Positions 18,731 to 28,470 of a DNA stretch of 64,000 nucleotides are shown in pieces. Under the pieces are notes generated by a model. It was not told the DNA's origin, did no database searches, and saw only the letters and a program-made list of their open reading frames with translations. Origin of the DNA: an uncultured Candidatus Rokubacteria bacterium (lineage in GTDB: Bacteria; Methylomirabilota; Methylomirabilia; Rokubacteriales; CSP1-6). A program made the translations under genes and the position numbers. How positions within the stretch are numbered: the first letter of the stretch is position 1; each line of letters opens with the position of its first letter. The stretch covers positions 864,001 through 928,000 of the forward strand of contig CAVXJS010000021.1 of the NCBI GenBank assembly GCA_963762145.1, read 5' to 3'.

Positions 18731-21112
18731 CTACGCGCTCGATCCGGGTGGGCGCCGCGCAGCCTGGATCGCTTGCCAGACGCGTTCGGGCGTCGCCGGC
18801 ACCTCGATGTGCTCGACGCCCAGTTCGGCCAACGCGTCGCAGATCGCGTTCACCACCGCGCCGAGCGCGGGCGTGGTGCCGCCCTCGCCGCCGCCGCGCA
18901 GGCCGAGGGGGTTCGAGGTCGACTCGACCTCGCTGATCTCGGTGGCGAACGACGGGAGCAGGTCGGCGCGCGGCATCGCGTAGTCCATGAAGGTGGCGGA
19001 GCGGAGCTGGCCAGACTCCGGGTCGTAGTCGGAGAGCTCCCAGAGCGCCTGGCCGACTCCCTGCGCGATGCCGCCGTGGGTCTGGCCGTGCACAATCAAC
19101 GGGTTGATGGCGCGCCCCACGTCGTCCACGCTGCTGTAGCGCACGATCTCGACCACGCCGGTCTCCGGATCGACCTCGACCTCGCACACCGCGGAGCCGT
19201 AGGGGAAGGACGGCGTGCTCACCGTCTCGTCGCACTCGCCCTCGAGGGGGCCGCGCAGGTCGGCCGGCGCGTCGTCCCGCTGCGCGGCAGCCGCGACCGC
19301 GAAGAGGTCGACCGCGCGGTCGGTCCCGCGGACGCCGAAGCGCCGCTCGGCGAACTCCACGTCCTCCACCGCGGATTCCAGGAGCCACGCCGCGAGCCGG
19401 GCCCCACGCTCCACGAGCCGGTCGGAGGCCTTGGCCATCACCACGCCGCCCAGGCGCATGGAGCGGCCAGAGTGCGAGCCGCCGCCCACCGCCACCCGGT
19501 CGGTGTCGCCCGCGATCAGGCGCACCCGATCGGGCTCTACGCCGAGCCACTCCGCGATGAGCTGTGCGAAGGCGGTCTCGTGCCCCTGCCCGGCCGAGAG
19601 CGTGCCGATCACCACTTCGACGACGCCGTCCGGGCGCGCGGTCACCTGCGCCCGCTCGCGGGGCGCGCCGGTGGCGATCTCGATGTAGTTGGCGAGGCCG
19701 ATGCCTCGGTAGCGCCCGCGGCGCCGGGCTTCCGCGCGGCGCGCCTCGAAACCGGACCAGTCGGCGATCGTGAGCACGCGGTCCTGCGTGCCCGGGTAGT
19801 CGCCGCTGTCGTAGACGATACCGAAGGGGTTCGTGTAGGGCATCGCCCCCGGCGGGACCAGGTTGCGCCGACGCAGGTTCACCCGGTCGAAGCCGTGGCG
19901 GCGGGCGGCCAGGTCGATCAGCCGCTCCATCACGAACATGACCTGGGGCCGGCCCGCGCTGCGGTAGGCGGAGAGCGGCGAGGTGTTGCTGTGCACCGCG
20001 CGGCCGCGGACGGCGGCGACCGGCAGGCGATAGACGGTCGTGGACAGCTCGCGGCCCTTGTTGAGCGGCACGAAGGTCACCGCGTGGGCGCCGACATTGC
20101 TCGTGTTGGTGCCGCGCAGTCCGAGGAAGCTCCCGTCCGCGTCGAGGGCCAGCTCCATGGTCGAGACCAGATCGCGGGCCTGGTAGTCGGAAAAAAACAT
20201 CTCGCGCCGGTCGCCGGTCCACTTGACCGGCCGACCGAGGCGCCGGGCCGCCCAGACCACCAGCGAGTACTCGGGGTAGGAGCTGTTGCGGGTGCCGTAG
20301 TTGCCGCCCACATCCTGGGCGATCACCCGCACGCTGGCCTCGGGCACGCGCAGCACCTCGGCGAGATCGCTCTTGAGGCGCACCGACCCGCCCGAACCCG
20401 CGTAGAGGGTAACGCGACCGGTGGCCACGTCGTGAACGCCGAGGGCGACGCGCGGCTCCATCGGCACGCCGGTGATGCGCGGCACCCAGGTGTCGAGCCG
20501 CACCACGTGGGCGGCCGCCGCGAAGGCGGCGTCGGCGGCGCGTGTGTCGCCCGCCACCGAGTCGACGCACAGGTTGCCGGCGAGAGAATCCCAGAGCTGA
20601 GGCGCGCCGCGGCCGACCGCGTCGCGGGTGGCGGTCACCGCCGGAAGCGGCTCCCAGTCGATACGCACCCGCTCGGCCGCGTCGGCGGCGACGGCCGCGG
20701 TCTCAGCGACCACCATCGCCACCGCCTCGCCCGCGAAGCGCGCCCGGTCGGTGGGCAGCGGCGGGTACGGCGCGACGAAGATCGGCGCGTTCTCGGGGCC
20801 GGCGAGCGGGTACTCGTTCGGGTTGGTCGGCACCGGGCGATGAGGGATGTCCGCGAGGCCGTCGGCCGCCGCGTCCCGCCCGGTCAGCACCGCGAGCACG
20901 CCCGGCATGGCGAGCACGGCAGCGGGGTCGATACGTCCGAGGCGCGCGTGCGCATGCGGAGAGCGCACGAAGCACGCGTAGGCCTGGCCGGGCAGATTGA
21001 CATCATCGCTGTAGCAACCCGCACCGACGAGCAGGCGCGCGTCCTCCTTGCGCAGGACCGGCTTGCCGAATCCTTCGCGGGCCGAGCGGGCTCGCGATTG
21101 AAGGAAGGACAC
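18731..21112 (-). CDS. Xanthine dehydrogenase family molybdopterin-binding subunit (form II CoxL-like)
   Basis: RKEDARLL, DVGGNYG, AYRSAGRP, GQGHET, GGGSHSGR, GQTHGGIAQG, GGGEGG. Confidence 0.92.
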   Translation of the reverse strand: MSFLQSRARSAREGFGKPVLRKEDARLLVGAGCYSDDVNLPGQAYACFVRSPHAHARLGRIDPAAVLAMPGVLAVLTGRDAAADGLADIPHRPVPTNPNEYPLAGPENAPIFVAPYPPLPTDRARFAGEAVAMVVAETAAVAADAAERVRIDWEPLPAVTATRDAVGRGAPQLWDSLAGNLCVDSVAGDTRAADAAFAAAAHVVRLDTWVPRITGVPMEPRVALGVHDVATGRVTLYAGSGGSVRLKSDLAEVLRVPEASVRVIAQDVGGNYGTRNSSYPEYSLVVWAARRLGRPVKWTGDRREMFFSDYQARDLVSTMELALDADGSFLGLRGTNTSNVGAHAVTFVPLNKGRELSTTVYRLPVAAVRGRAVHSNTSPLSAYRSAGRPQVMFVMERLIDLAARRHGFDRVNLRRRNLVPPGAMPYTNPFGIVYDSGDYPGTQDRVLTIADWSGFEARRAEARRRGRYRGIGLANYIEIATGAPRERAQVTARPDGVVEVVIGTLSAGQGHETAFAQLIAEWLGVEPDRVRLIAGDTDRVAVGGGSHSGRSMRLGGVVMAKASDRLVERGARLAAWLLESAVEDVEFAERRFGVRGTDRAVDLFAVAAAAQRDDAPADLRGPLEGECDETVSTPSFPYGSAVCEVEVDPETGVVEIVRYSSVDDVGRAINPLIVHGQTHGGIAQGVGQALWELSDYDPESGQLRSATFMDYAMPRADLLPSFATEISEVESTSNPLGLRGGGEGGTTPALGAVVNAICDALAELGVEHIEVPATPERVWQAIQAARRPPGSSA

Positions 21113-21124
21113 GCGAGTGACGGC

Positions 21125-21562
21125 TCAGGATGGCAAATGGAACCGGATGCCGTGCATGACCACCTCGCGGGACAAGGCCGCGCCCTCAGGCGCTCTCCAC
21201 TCCGCCGCCGTCAGGAAGAACACGTCGGAAAGCCGGCGAAGGGCATTGTCTCCCGCCAGTGACCCGAAGGCAGCCCTCTCGCAGCCGGCTCGCCGAGTGA
21301 CAACCGTGGTGATCACGTGTCGCAGGTCGGCGGGCGCGCGCTCTCGGTCAAGAACGGCGACACCGGGCGAACTCGATGACTTGTTCGGCATATCCTTTTT
21401 CGGTGAAGCGAGTATACGCGGCTCGACTGCATCGATCTCCCCCTCGATGCTCTCACTCTGCCCCACTATGCTCAGCTCACCGACGCCGCCCCGGGCGAGC
21501 CCGCCGGCATCATCCGCGCGCGTGCTGGGGCTCGGACGCTTCTCGGGCTCGGGAACCAGCAC
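21125..21562 (-). pseudogene. Possible degenerate nucleotidyltransferase (MNT-like) remnant
   Basis: Only the C-terminal DVFFLTAAEW...LSREVVMHGIRF resembles MNT-family ends; no GS..DxD motif. Confidence 0.2.
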
Positions 21563-21653
21563 TTGGAACCAGCCCGCAAATCCTCGTAAGCACGAGCGAT
21601 CTTAGCGGGGTAGTGATAATTAAACAGTTGCGAAGCTGCTGAGAAAAGATAGG

Positions 21654-21675
21654 GCTCCGACCGAGCTACCCCGGC
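21654..21675 (-). pseudogene. Degenerate tRNA 5' fragment (acceptor strand plus D-arm), copy 1
   Basis: GCCGGGG-TA-GCTC-GGTCG-GAGC downstream of a TGGTAGAGT extended -10. Confidence 0.5.
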
Positions 21676-22184
21676 GTTCGTCCGTAAACTCTACCACTTC
21701 CTGCGCGTTCGTCCCGCTGCCCCCCCTCTGGCACCCGTCACAGACGGTGGGTGCCGGCGGCTGGAACGTGAGACGATCGAGCAGGTGCTCAGGGTGCCGG
21801 AGATCCGCTCAATCAGTGCCGTAACTTTTATCACCCGCAACATGGGGCGAGCGGTCCGGTTCCTACGAGGCACTCGGCTTCTCAATGGCCTACGGAGGCG
21901 AAACAGAGGCCTTCCAGGGTCGGGACGGAATCCCTGAATCTTGCGAGGGCCGATGATCCGTCGCCTTCGACGAATACAATGCGCGTCATTTTCCACGTCG
22001 ACGACGTTGACGCCATGTATGCGCACGTCCTGGCCCCGGGGTTCACGCCGGATACGCCGCCCAGCGACGCGGCATGGGGCGAGCGCTACTTTCACCTGAC
22101 CGACCCCGATGGCCACGCCCTTTCATTTGCCCGGCCCTTTCGGGGTGCGGACGGATGATCAGGCGCTTCCGTATCTGGTAACAT
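21663..22184 (+). repeat. ~525-bp direct repeat, copy 1
   Basis: Near-identical to 31804..32333 with scattered substitutions and small indels. Confidence 0.95.
21785..22158 (+). pseudogene. VOC/glyoxalase pseudogene
   Basis: Copy of 31927..32307 with an extra C near 21863 and a short deletion near 21915. Confidence 0.88.
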
Positions 22185-22312
22185 CAATGATCCGCCCGCG
22201 CAGGAGCGACTGGGGTATCGTCAGACCGAGCGCCTTGGCGGTCATGGCAATGGCGATCCGTGCAGTCGCGCCATCCTAGTGCGTAAAGGCTTCCTGCAGC
22301 ACTGGCACTTCG

Positions 22313-22498
22313 CTACCTCCATCCGGGAGACTGGTACTCGCAGTAACCGTCGAGTATGTTCGGGCGCCACCACCCGCCTTGTCGCTCGCAAGTGGCCTTG
22401 AGCTCTTCCGGCGTATACAGCGGCGGGCGCGGGGTGCCGCCGCAGCCGACCAGGACGGCCACGACCAAGCCGACAAGGAACGCCCGGCTCCACGCCAT
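22313..22498 (-). CDS. Small lipoprotein
   Basis: MAWSRAFLVGLVVAVLVG-C lipobox; mature part has a Cys pair (TCERQGGWW...YCE). Confidence 0.65.
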   Translation of the reverse strand: MAWSRAFLVGLVVAVLVGCGGTPRPPLYTPEELKATCERQGGWWRPNILDGYCEYQSPGWR

Positions 22499-22740
22499 CG
22501 GGGGCATCACGCGAACTAACTGACGGTCCACATTTCTAATCTGCCGGTGGGGATCAACCGCGTCCACTTCAGCGCCGAAGACTCCGGAACCCGCCGGGAA
22601 TCCGGTCTCGGCTGCCGGAACTTTGGGGGCGGAATGGCGCCCGGCAGAACGACCACGCTACCGGCAACAGGCGCGGCTGGTGTCACGGAGATCGCGGTAG
22701 TGCAGGCAAGGTTACGACGAGATCTCCGGCGCCGGGTCCG

Positions 22741-23490
22741 TTAAGTGCCCGGGGGGATTCCTGCGGCTAGCGCCCGGTGGTCCGCCAGGCGCGCCAGGCG
22801 CAGCAGCATGAGCACCCGGATCACGACCCACGAGGGATCGAACTCGAAGCGGCCCATGCTGAACTTGGGGCTCGAGGGATACGCGTGGTGGTTGTTGTGC
22901 AGGCTCTCGCCGCCGGTGAGCCAGGCGAGCACGCGCAGGTTCGTGGCCGAGTTGTTGCCGAAGTTCCGCCGGCCCCACCAGTGGCCGAGGCCGTTGATGG
23001 ACGGGGCCAGCACGAAGACGTAGAGCACGAAGTGGCTCACCGCCAGGAGCAGCCCCCAGGCGGGGCCGAGGACCAGCATGGCCGCGGCGATGCCGAGCAC
23101 CCCGCCGAGCGTGCCCTTGTTGAAGAGCACGCGATCCCACACGTCGTCCCGGATGTCCTTGGCCCAGCGGGCGAGGGTCTCGGGGTTGCGGGCCTCGCGC
23201 ACGTAGTAATAGACGTTCCAGAGCTGGATCTTCCAGAAGCCGTGGACGAGGGGGCTGTGGGGATCCCGCTCGGTGTCGGTGAAGGCGTGATGCTTGCGGT
23301 GCACCGCCACCCACTCGCGGCGGTTCTGGCCGGTCGTGAACCAGAGCACGAAGCGGAAGACCCAGTCCGCGAAGGGATGCAGATTGAGCGCGCGGTGCGC
23401 GAGCCCGCGGTGCAAGTACACCGACGTTGCGATGACGGCGGCTTGCGTCACCAGAAGCGTGCCGATCACGTACAAGAGCGGTCGAAGCAT
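22741..23490 (-). CDS. Membrane fatty acid (acyl-CoA delta-9 type) desaturase
   Basis: His boxes HRGLAH, HRKHH and HNNHH; DPHSP. Confidence 0.92.
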   Translation of the reverse strand: MLRPLLYVIGTLLVTQAAVIATSVYLHRGLAHRALNLHPFADWVFRFVLWFTTGQNRREWVAVHRKHHAFTDTERDPHSPLVHGFWKIQLWNVYYYVREARNPETLARWAKDIRDDVWDRVLFNKGTLGGVLGIAAAMLVLGPAWGLLLAVSHFVLYVFVLAPSINGLGHWWGRRNFGNNSATNLRVLAWLTGGESLHNNHHAYPSSPKFSMGRFEFDPSWVVIRVLMLLRLARLADHRALAAGIPPGT

Positions 23491-23505
23491 GGCGGGGACT
23501 TGACC

Positions 23506-23763
23506 CTAAGCCCGGCGCGGCCCGCGCGCGATCATCCGATACGCGACCAACAATACAATCGCTCCCAGCACGGCCATGATGAACCCTACCGGATCATTCG
23601 GGCCATACCAGCCGAACACGCGGCCAACAAGACCGCCAACGAGGGCGCCCGCGACGCCAAGAAGAGTTGTGACGATGAAACCGCCCGGATCCCGTCCGGG
23701 AGTGAGGAACTTGGCGGCGATTCCGACGATGAGGCCGAAGACAATCCAGCCAATGACTCCCAT
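23506..23763 (-). CDS. GlsB/YeaQ/YmgE family stress membrane protein
   Basis: MGVIGWIVFGLIVGIAAKFLTPGRDPGG...AVLGAIVLL; ATG at 23763 with GAGG SD. Confidence 0.92.
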   Translation of the reverse strand: MGVIGWIVFGLIVGIAAKFLTPGRDPGGFIVTTLLGVAGALVGGLVGRVFGWYGPNDPVGFIMAVLGAIVLLVAYRMIARGPRRA

Positions 23764-23815
23764 GTTGTGTTCTCCTCTGTTCATCTGATGAGCGTGTGTG
23801 GTCTTTAGAATGGCT

Positions 23816-24220
23816 TCATGGTCCTCGGCGTGAACAGCGACTTTCGGCATCGAAGCCAGGCAGGATCGCCTTGGACCTGCGCAACACCGTGATCGTCCAG
23901 AACCAGCATCCCGATCCCCCGGTCGCGATAGCTCGGGGTCGTGGTCTTGTTGATGAGCCCGAAATTGCTCTCGACGATGTCGAACCGATCGACCCGGAGC
24001 TGCAGACCTGGGCCCTGGGGCTGATCGGCCGCTTTAGCGTTTCGCGGGTCGCCTCTTTTGCCGCGCCCGCCTTAGCAGGAGTCTGAATGTAGTCCACGCG
24101 GATGCCGTCCAGGCTCGCGTTCATCTTGTCTTCGGTATAGAGGCGCAGCGGTTCGTCGATGAAGAAGAGCGCGATCACGGAGGCCACGAGCAGGAGCACG
24201 ACGAGCGCGCGAGGAGCCAG
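23816..24220 (-). pseudogene. Internally deleted, frameshifted DUF748-like remnant
   Basis: TM segment plus FFIDEPLR...MNASLDG joined to IRVDYIQT; LQLRVDRFDIVESNFGLINK follows in another frame. Confidence 0.5.
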
Positions 24221-24294
24221 CGGCGCGGGTCACGGTCGTGGCAGGCTGTTCCACCCGCTTCACACCCGGGGCCACGAGTTCCTCGGGGCTATCC

Positions 24295-24741
24295 TCATCG
24301 AGCATGCTGACCGGGGCGTATCAGGCGTTCCAGCGCGGCCTTGATGAAGACAGCGGCAGCGGCCGAGCCCGCCGCTCCGATGATGCGCCGGGTCGCGGTC
24401 GGCTCAACCGCGACTCGCTCAGGCCGATCGATCATCCGGCTGAACGCCTCGCGTAGGCGCCCGCTGCGGGCCGTCAGCGTGTTGCGGCGGCGTGCCCGCC
24501 ATACCTTCAGAGCGATCCAGCCCCCTATGATTGCTCCCGCCGCAAGCACGGTGGATGTGGCACCCAGCGCATGTCGCCGAACCTGGAGCCCGACGTTCGT
24601 GAACTCGTGACTACGCCGGGTCAACTCACCCATGAGCCTGGTGAGTTCTGCCCGGCGCCGCACGATGTCCGCCTCGATGGGTTGCGGATCGCGCGGCGCC
24701 TCCGCGTCGGCCTCGGTCACCCGACCTGTTGCTTCAGCCAC
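24295..24741 (-). CDS. Hypothetical membrane-anchored protein (DUF3618-like)
   Basis: DPQPIEADIVRRRAELTRLMGEL coiled segment plus TM helix; follows the holin-like gene as in known stress clusters. Confidence 0.65.
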   Translation of the reverse strand: MAEATGRVTEADAEAPRDPQPIEADIVRRRAELTRLMGELTRRSHEFTNVGLQVRRHALGATSTVLAAGAIIGGWIALKVWRARRRNTLTARSGRLREAFSRMIDRPERVAVEPTATRRIIGAAGSAAAAVFIKAALERLIRPGQHAR

Positions 24742-25121
24742 TCCCAGTCCTCCTTGAGCGATTTCCGCGTGAGGGCCAGCGGTGAACTCGGACGCTGCTG
24801 CCAGCCTATGTAGCCGGCCCCGGCACCCACCCCGAGCACGATCCCCGCCACCACGAGTGCGGCCAGCCAGCCCGGCACCAGCATGGCCAGCCCCAGGACC
24901 GCCGAGACTAGGAGCAGCGTGACACCGACGAGCGCCGCCACCGTCGCCACGCCGAGCCCCACCAGGGCCCGACGTGCCGACCGCACACTGCTCGCCAGCT
25001 CGGCACGCGCCAGCTCCACCTCGGCCTGGGCGAGTTGCACGAGCTGGCTGCCGATCTCGCCGACCAGCTCCCGAGTGCCTGGTCCGCCGTTATGCCCGCG
25101 CACTTGATGGTACGAGGCCAC
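24717..25121 (-). CDS. Holin-like two-TM membrane protein (DUF1469/YhjD-like)
   Basis: LAQAEVELARAEL, two TM helices, TRKSLKEDWEWLK. Confidence 0.8.
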   Translation of the reverse strand: MASYHQVRGHNGGPGTRELVGEIGSQLVQLAQAEVELARAELASSVRSARRALVGLGVATVAALVGVTLLLVSAVLGLAMLVPGWLAALVVAGIVLGVGAGAGYIGWQQRPSSPLALTRKSLKEDWEWLKQQVG

Positions 25122-25960
25122 TACGAGGAGCGCTTCCCTGACGCGCCGGGCCGGGAGCGGCTGATCTTCTTTCCGCCGGACGCGCTTCGGCGCGAGCCTT
25201 CCTCCAGGTCTTCTCCCGCGACCCCTTCGCCCTCCACCTCCGGGCGGCCTTGCCCAGCCGCCAGCCAGCTTCGCACCTTTTCCAGGTGCTCCTGTTCCGT
25301 GAGCAACGCTTCTTCACACCGCTGGGCCACTTCCTCGTGCCCCGCTAGACGCGCCAACCCCGTGAGTGTCTCCCAACACTCGTTGTCGGCCAGCTCCGCC
25401 ATCAGGATAGCTTCGAGCGACTGGAGGAGGGTTGTCCGGGGGTCCACGAGCACCTGACCGACGCCGTGCGATGCCGTCAGCTGCACGTTGGCCGCCGGCG
25501 TGAGCTCGGTCGGATCCGCCCCCAGGGATTTCACCAGTTCGACAAGCAAGCGGAAGTGCTGCAGCTCCTCGCTCAGGATTAGGGTAATGTCGTCCCGCGA
25601 GGGCCCCCCCTCAAACGAGCCATAGGCGTCATGCTTCGATAGCAGGGCTTCGTAGAGCCGGGTCCCAGTTCGTTCGAAGGCGAGCCGCTCTCCAAGCTTG
25701 TCCAGCAACAGGGACGTCTCCTCGATCAGACGGAGTCGGTCGGGCTCCTCGTCGGCACCCTCCCGCGCATACTGAACGCGTACAGCGGCAACGGCCAGCG
25801 CATTGCCCTCTGACGTGGGGGGAAACTCCTCGACCGCAGTGATCATCTGGGCGGCGCGATCTGGGGCCGCGGCGACCCCCGTTCGGTTCGCCGGGCTCGT
25901 CCGATTAGCGGGCATCTTTGGCTCCTTTGCGGCCGGCATGAGCGCCGGCGGGCTGTCCAT
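25121..25960 (-). CDS. Ferritin-like di-iron protein
   Basis: LDKLGERLAFERTGTRLYEA, EELQH, ELADN, EQEH. The start may be the internal MPANRT. Confidence 0.85.
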   Translation of the reverse strand: MDSPPALMPAAKEPKMPANRTSPANRTGVAAAPDRAAQMITAVEEFPPTSEGNALAVAAVRVQYAREGADEEPDRLRLIEETSLLLDKLGERLAFERTGTRLYEALLSKHDAYGSFEGGPSRDDITLILSEELQHFRLLVELVKSLGADPTELTPAANVQLTASHGVGQVLVDPRTTLLQSLEAILMAELADNECWETLTGLARLAGHEEVAQRCEEALLTEQEHLEKVRSWLAAGQGRPEVEGEGVAGEDLEEGSRRSASGGKKISRSRPGASGKRSS

Positions 25961-27122
25961 CGTCCGTCATAGTGGCGAGTTCGGTTCCTGGCATCCAGAC
26001 ATAGCCCCCCGCGACCGTGTCGGACGGGGACCCCTTCGCGTTCAGTTGGTCTCGATAGGCGCGGGTGGCGGAGCTCTCCTTGCTTCTCTCTACGTAGTCG
26101 GACCCCACTGCGCTGAGGTTGACCTCGGCTCGCAGTACGTCGCGGACAAATTCTCGGTGGCTCTCGTATCGGATGGGCTCGGGAAGCGATGCCGGCAGGA
26201 TCTCGGCGGCGTCACGTCCCTCGTGTTCTTGAAAGAGATCCGCCACGAACCGAAGCTGACCGAGTTCGTAGTCAAGGAACCGTTCCCAAATCCTCTTGAT
26301 CCGGGGATTGGTCTCGAACTCGACGCAGCTCCAGTAGTTATAGACTTCGCCCGCTTCGTGTAGCAGCCACTTTTCGAGCCACGTTTCATTTGGATCGATG
26401 ATGCTTTCGTACTGAGTGACATGCTGTTCCTCGATCGAGGCAATCTCCGCATAGAGCTGGCGGGCGATCGGGTCGGCGAACATCGGGCCGATGGTCATGT
26501 AGTAGTCGTGGGTCTGATGCTCGCCGGCCATGATGGTGAGCGCGTTGAGCTTGGTGATCGCCTCCGCGCTCTGACGGTTGTACGGGCGCCGGAGGTCATC
26601 CAGCGGGTGTCGATGCTCCCGCTCGGTCGGCCGCCCGGGGACGATATCGGAGTAGCTCTGGACCAGCGCGTTAGCGTCCTTGCCTTCGATGCGATCCATC
26701 AGAGCCGAGTACCGGTAGAGGTGGTCGAAATCCTCGAGTAGGCCGAAGCGATACGTCTGCGCCAGATACGGATCCGGCTCGGCCTGGGCCACGCTGGCCG
26801 TGACCTCAATGGCGACCTGCTCGAAGCCAATCGTGGTTTCGAGAGGCGTCTGGTCGGGCGGATTGAGCCAGTTCACCAGGGTTTGCTGGTGCTGCTCGAT
26901 GCGTCGGATCTGGGCCAACGGCGCCTGAAGGGCTGCGTTCATTCGGGCGCAGGCATGCGAGAATCGGACGGCTTCCGACTCGATCCCGTTCATCAGGATG
27001 ACTCGCACCCGGGTGAACGCGTCGTCAGTCACTTTGCAGTAGGGCGCTTGAACCAGGTCCTTCCAGGTGAACACCTGCTTGTCCACCGGAACTCCTTTAT
27101 CCTTGAGAAGTTTCAAAGCCAT
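25905..27122 (-). CDS. Tandem ferritin-like domain hypothetical protein
   Basis: MNGIE, EQHQQ, FEQVA, EDFDHLYRY, GEHQTH, EEQHV, ELGQL; GGAGG SD. Confidence 0.85.
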   Translation of the reverse strand: MALKLLKDKGVPVDKQVFTWKDLVQAPYCKVTDDAFTRVRVILMNGIESEAVRFSHACARMNAALQAPLAQIRRIEQHQQTLVNWLNPPDQTPLETTIGFEQVAIEVTASVAQAEPDPYLAQTYRFGLLEDFDHLYRYSALMDRIEGKDANALVQSYSDIVPGRPTEREHRHPLDDLRRPYNRQSAEAITKLNALTIMAGEHQTHDYYMTIGPMFADPIARQLYAEIASIEEQHVTQYESIIDPNETWLEKWLLHEAGEVYNYWSCVEFETNPRIKRIWERFLDYELGQLRFVADLFQEHEGRDAAEILPASLPEPIRYESHREFVRDVLRAEVNLSAVGSDYVERSKESSATRAYRDQLNAKGSPSDTVAGGYVWMPGTELATMTDDGQPAGAHAGRKGAKDAR

Positions 27123-27197
27123 ACGAGTCCTCCGAAGTCGCTCAAAGCGACTAACGTTTCTGGTTAGGTCGGATCAGGGATGCTGCCTACGACCCCT

Positions 27198-27347
27198 TCA
27201 AGTCGGGCGGCTACGATTCCTCATGGCCCTTAACGACTCTCGCAGGCGCCGGCGGCGGTCCGCGATGCTCGGTCGGCCCAACCCGCGCACGATGAACCAT
27301 CCGGCGAAGAAGCCAGCTAGGATCCAGAGAAAAGTCAGGTCGAGCAT
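27198..27347 (-). CDS. Small single-TM protein
   Basis: AAGGGGAG SD; MLDLTFLWILAGFFAGWFIV followed by a basic tail. Confidence 0.55.
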   Translation of the reverse strand: MLDLTFLWILAGFFAGWFIVRGLGRPSIADRRRRLRESLRAMRNRSRPT

Positions 27348-27403
27348 TACTCCCCTTCCGCGCAGCACCGCCAGGAGATCCGGCGATGTTACCCACCTGC
27401 AAA

Positions 27404-27418
27404 GCAAACGGTGTGCCG
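27404..27418 (-). promoter_or_regulatory. sigma54-type -24/-12 motif
   Basis: CGGCACACCGTTTGC heading the leftward ferritin/holin/GlsB run. Confidence 0.6.
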
Positions 27419-27798
27419 GGAGAAACGGGGTGGCCGCCGCTGCTTCGGTTGGGCTGGAGGAAGAGCGGCTATCGAGAGGTAACGGCGCCAGAGACGTGCT
27501 TGTAGCGACCGGAGAGACGAACGGCACAAAAGCCGCGGTAATACTCGCCAACCAATGCGGGCAACCTATCGCAACAAGAACGCCGAGCCCGCCGCATAGA
27601 GACGACAGCAACAGCGAGCCTCGGCGCGCGCACTCTACCGTCGTCGGGTGAGCTCTAGGCAACATACAGTACGTGTGACAGTAAGTGTGACTCAGCAAAT
27701 CCTTGCACTAGCGAATCTCCTACCGGCGCCGGTGGCGGCGCGGGCCAGTGCCCGGCGCCGCTTCGGGCTTCCTTTACAGCTTCCAAGGGGTTAGCTCT

Positions 27799-28107
27799 TC
27801 ACTTCCCCGACGTCAACCGACCCAGCGCGCGACAATGACGTGTCCCCGTCGGACCTGTTCGGCCGGTCGGTCGCGAGCGCCCCGACCCGCTCGAGCGGAC
27901 CTTTTCCCGTGCGCTTCCGAGCCGCGAAGAGAGTTGCTCCTTCGCTTGGTCGAGCAGGACCTCGGACGTGCTTTGGACCGTCCGGAGCAGCCCCTCGACC
28001 TTCTCTCTGGCTGGTTCGGAGTTGCCTTTCGCGTACTCACGGAGTGAATCCCGATATTTCCACACCACGAGCCCGGCAATTGCCGCTACCAAGAGTCGTC
28101 CCAGCAT
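27799..28107 (-). CDS. Small membrane-anchored helical protein (YtxH/ElaB-like architecture)
   Basis: AGGAG SD, N-terminal TM, charged helical tail. Confidence 0.65.
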   Translation of the reverse strand: MLGRLLVAAIAGLVVWKYRDSLREYAKGNSEPAREKVEGLLRTVQSTSEVLLDQAKEQLSSRLGSAREKVRSSGSGRSRPTGRTGPTGTRHCRALGRLTSGK

Positions 28108-28182
28108 GTCTGTTCTCCTAAAGTTATGAGGTTCACTCCTCCCACCGCATTCGTGCGTGCCTAAGCAGAAGGGGACGCCGGA

Positions 28183-28416
28183 CTACTTCGTCCCCTTAGC
28201 GGTGGGTGGCTCGCACGGATGGCCGGCGGCATTCAAACCGCCCGGACCGCCCGGGCACGGCTCGGTCCGTCCAGGGACAGCGGGATGGACCGGGGGCGTA
28301 GCCGTGGCTGGTGACTCGGTTCGCGGTGCCCGCTCCCCAGCAGTGTCCGACCGCTCGCAACCCAAGGCGACCAGAGACAAGCTAGCCAACCCGACCACAA
28401 GGCCTACTCGTATCAT
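28183..28416 (-). CDS. Small lipoprotein
   Basis: MIRVGLVVGLASLSLVALG-C lipobox; GGGGAG SD. Confidence 0.6.
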   Translation of the reverse strand: MIRVGLVVGLASLSLVALGCERSDTAGERAPRTESPATATPPVHPAVPGRTEPCPGGPGGLNAAGHPCEPPTAKGTK

Positions 28417-28455
28417 CAACTGTCTCCCCTCTAGCTTTATAGGTCGCAATAGGGA

Positions 28456-28470
28456 GCATACGGCGTGCCG
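28456..28470 (-). promoter_or_regulatory. sigma54-type -24/-12 motif
   Basis: CGGCACGCCGTATGC, 40 nt upstream of the lipoprotein ATG. Confidence 0.55.

Noticed and set aside
18731-21112. Form I aerobic CO dehydrogenase
   Set aside because: The active-site loop is AYRSAGR rather than AYxCSFR, and no coxM/coxS genes are adjacent.
18206-21262. 1018-aa plus-strand ORF as one giant protein
   Set aside because: Only the first ~150 aa are CoxL-like; the rest is the antisense shadow of 18731..21112.
22505-22560. Third copy of the NhaR-like motif (TTTCTAAT)
   Set aside because: Flanking blocks and spacing do not match the two real copies.
24717-25121. Prophage suggested by a holin-like gene
   Set aside because: No endolysin, structural or integrase genes; this family is common in non-phage stress clusters.
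28147-28163. sigma54 motif upstream of 28107 (AGGCACGCACGAATGC)
   Set aside because: Spacing is GG-N11-GC, one base off the strict requirement.
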